The notes beneath the pieces were generated by a model. It was given only the letters and a program-made list of their open reading frames with translations. It did not search any database and was not told the DNA's origin. Both the position numbers and the translations under genes were made by a program. A DNA stretch of 51,340 nt from Candidatus Zixiibacteriota bacterium (GTDB lineage: Bacteria; Zixibacteria; MSB-5A5; WJJR01), in assembly GCA_016199865.1 (NCBI GenBank), contig JACQFV010000067.1, positions 1 through 51,340 of the forward strand, written 5' to 3'. This document shows positions 50,959 through 51,340 of this stretch, piece by piece. Numbering within the stretch: the first letter of the stretch is position 1; each line of letters starts with the position of its first letter.

Positions 50959-51340
50959 ATGAAAACAGCATCACAAGTCGTGAGAGGCATCGCCCTGCTA
51001 TTCCTGCTGGCCCTCGGGACGGAGGTCGCGATGCCCGGGTGGTATCTGGATTCCATGAAGGACACGAAAATCCTCGAAATCCGCGGCGAGACGGCCGACT
51101 CAACCAAATTGGGGAAGGACCGGTACATCGTTGATAACCTCGATTACGTCCTGGCCCATCATGAATGGGTCGTCGTCAACTTCTCCGCCTACTGGTGCGG
51201 CGATTCGCACCGCTATCTACCGGATTATCAGAAAGCCGCGGCCTTGCCGGAGTACGCCGGAATCTTCTGGACCTACGCCGAGATCGACGGCACCGTCGGC
51301 AATGAGAATTTCCGCTCCCGGTTCAACTTGCCGGGTATTC
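50959..51340 (+). CDS. Thioredoxin-fold (TlpA-like) secreted protein; 3' end lies outside the window
   Basis: The ATG at 50959 follows ggaggaa. Signal peptide 'MKTASQVVRGIALLFLLALG'. 'WVVVNFSAYWCGDSHRYLP' occupies the WCxxC position with a CxxS variant. The frame is open to the window end, so it is absent from the ORF track. Confidence 0.7.
   Translation, partial: MKTASQVVRGIALLFLLALGTEVAMPGWYLDSMKDTKILEIRGETADSTKLGKDRYIVDNLDYVLAHHEWVVVNFSAYWCGDSHRYLPDYQKAAALPEYAGIFWTYAEIDGTVGNENFRSRFNLPGI

Overview
This is a 51.3-kb, visibly high-GC, gene-dense bacterial chromosomal segment. Four predicted proteins or fragments end in type IX secretion-style C-terminal sorting domains ('..NYPNPFNAGTVI..SGIYLYRV..KMTLLK'). 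That suggests a Gram-negative FCB-group or candidate-phylum organism; I cannot place it further without a database search.

Content in order:
1. 1-7.7 kb: the distal part of a MoxR/vWA 'Bat' aerotolerance-type operon (DUF58, an embedded tatA, a DUF4381-like protein, then batA, batB, batC, batD and batE-like genes, several with ATGA-type overlaps).
2. 7.8-13.1 kb: housekeeping and envelope genes (flippase-like membrane protein, rsgA, a lipoprotein, a rhodanese + MauE/DoxX pair, an M50 site-2 protease) and a ~590-bp gap with no convincing ORF.
3. Three very large minus-strand secreted-protein loci. These are a 1539-aa beta-propeller protein ending in a dockerin-like module; a 1027-aa protein; and a ~7-kb gene that appears as two ORFs of 922 and 1421 aa. 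The last two share a C-terminal cassette of cohesin-like, dockerin-like and T9SS sorting modules. This is the most interesting content: a possible cohesin/dockerin surface assembly anchored by T9SS.
4. A T9SS-tagged protein + DUF1573 pair, and archease-rtcB.
5. An orphan PduA-like BMC-H shell gene next to a CoA-acylating aldehyde dehydrogenase that has an encapsulation-peptide-like N-terminus.
6. purD, a small basic zinc-ribbon ORF, purE, a TPR protein, a CDF transporter, a coupled sugar-nucleotidyltransferase-like/galT/glgA block, and greA.
7. An AbrB-type antitoxin with a truncated toxin remnant.
8. A small HTH protein, a histidine kinase and an NtrC-type regulator, downstream of a consensus-quality sigma-54 promoter.
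9. At least five sequence families of REP-like GC-rich palindromes in intergenic gaps.

I recognised no rRNA, tRNA, CRISPR array, transposase or integrase. All domain calls rest on motif recognition by eye, not on HMM or BLAST searches.
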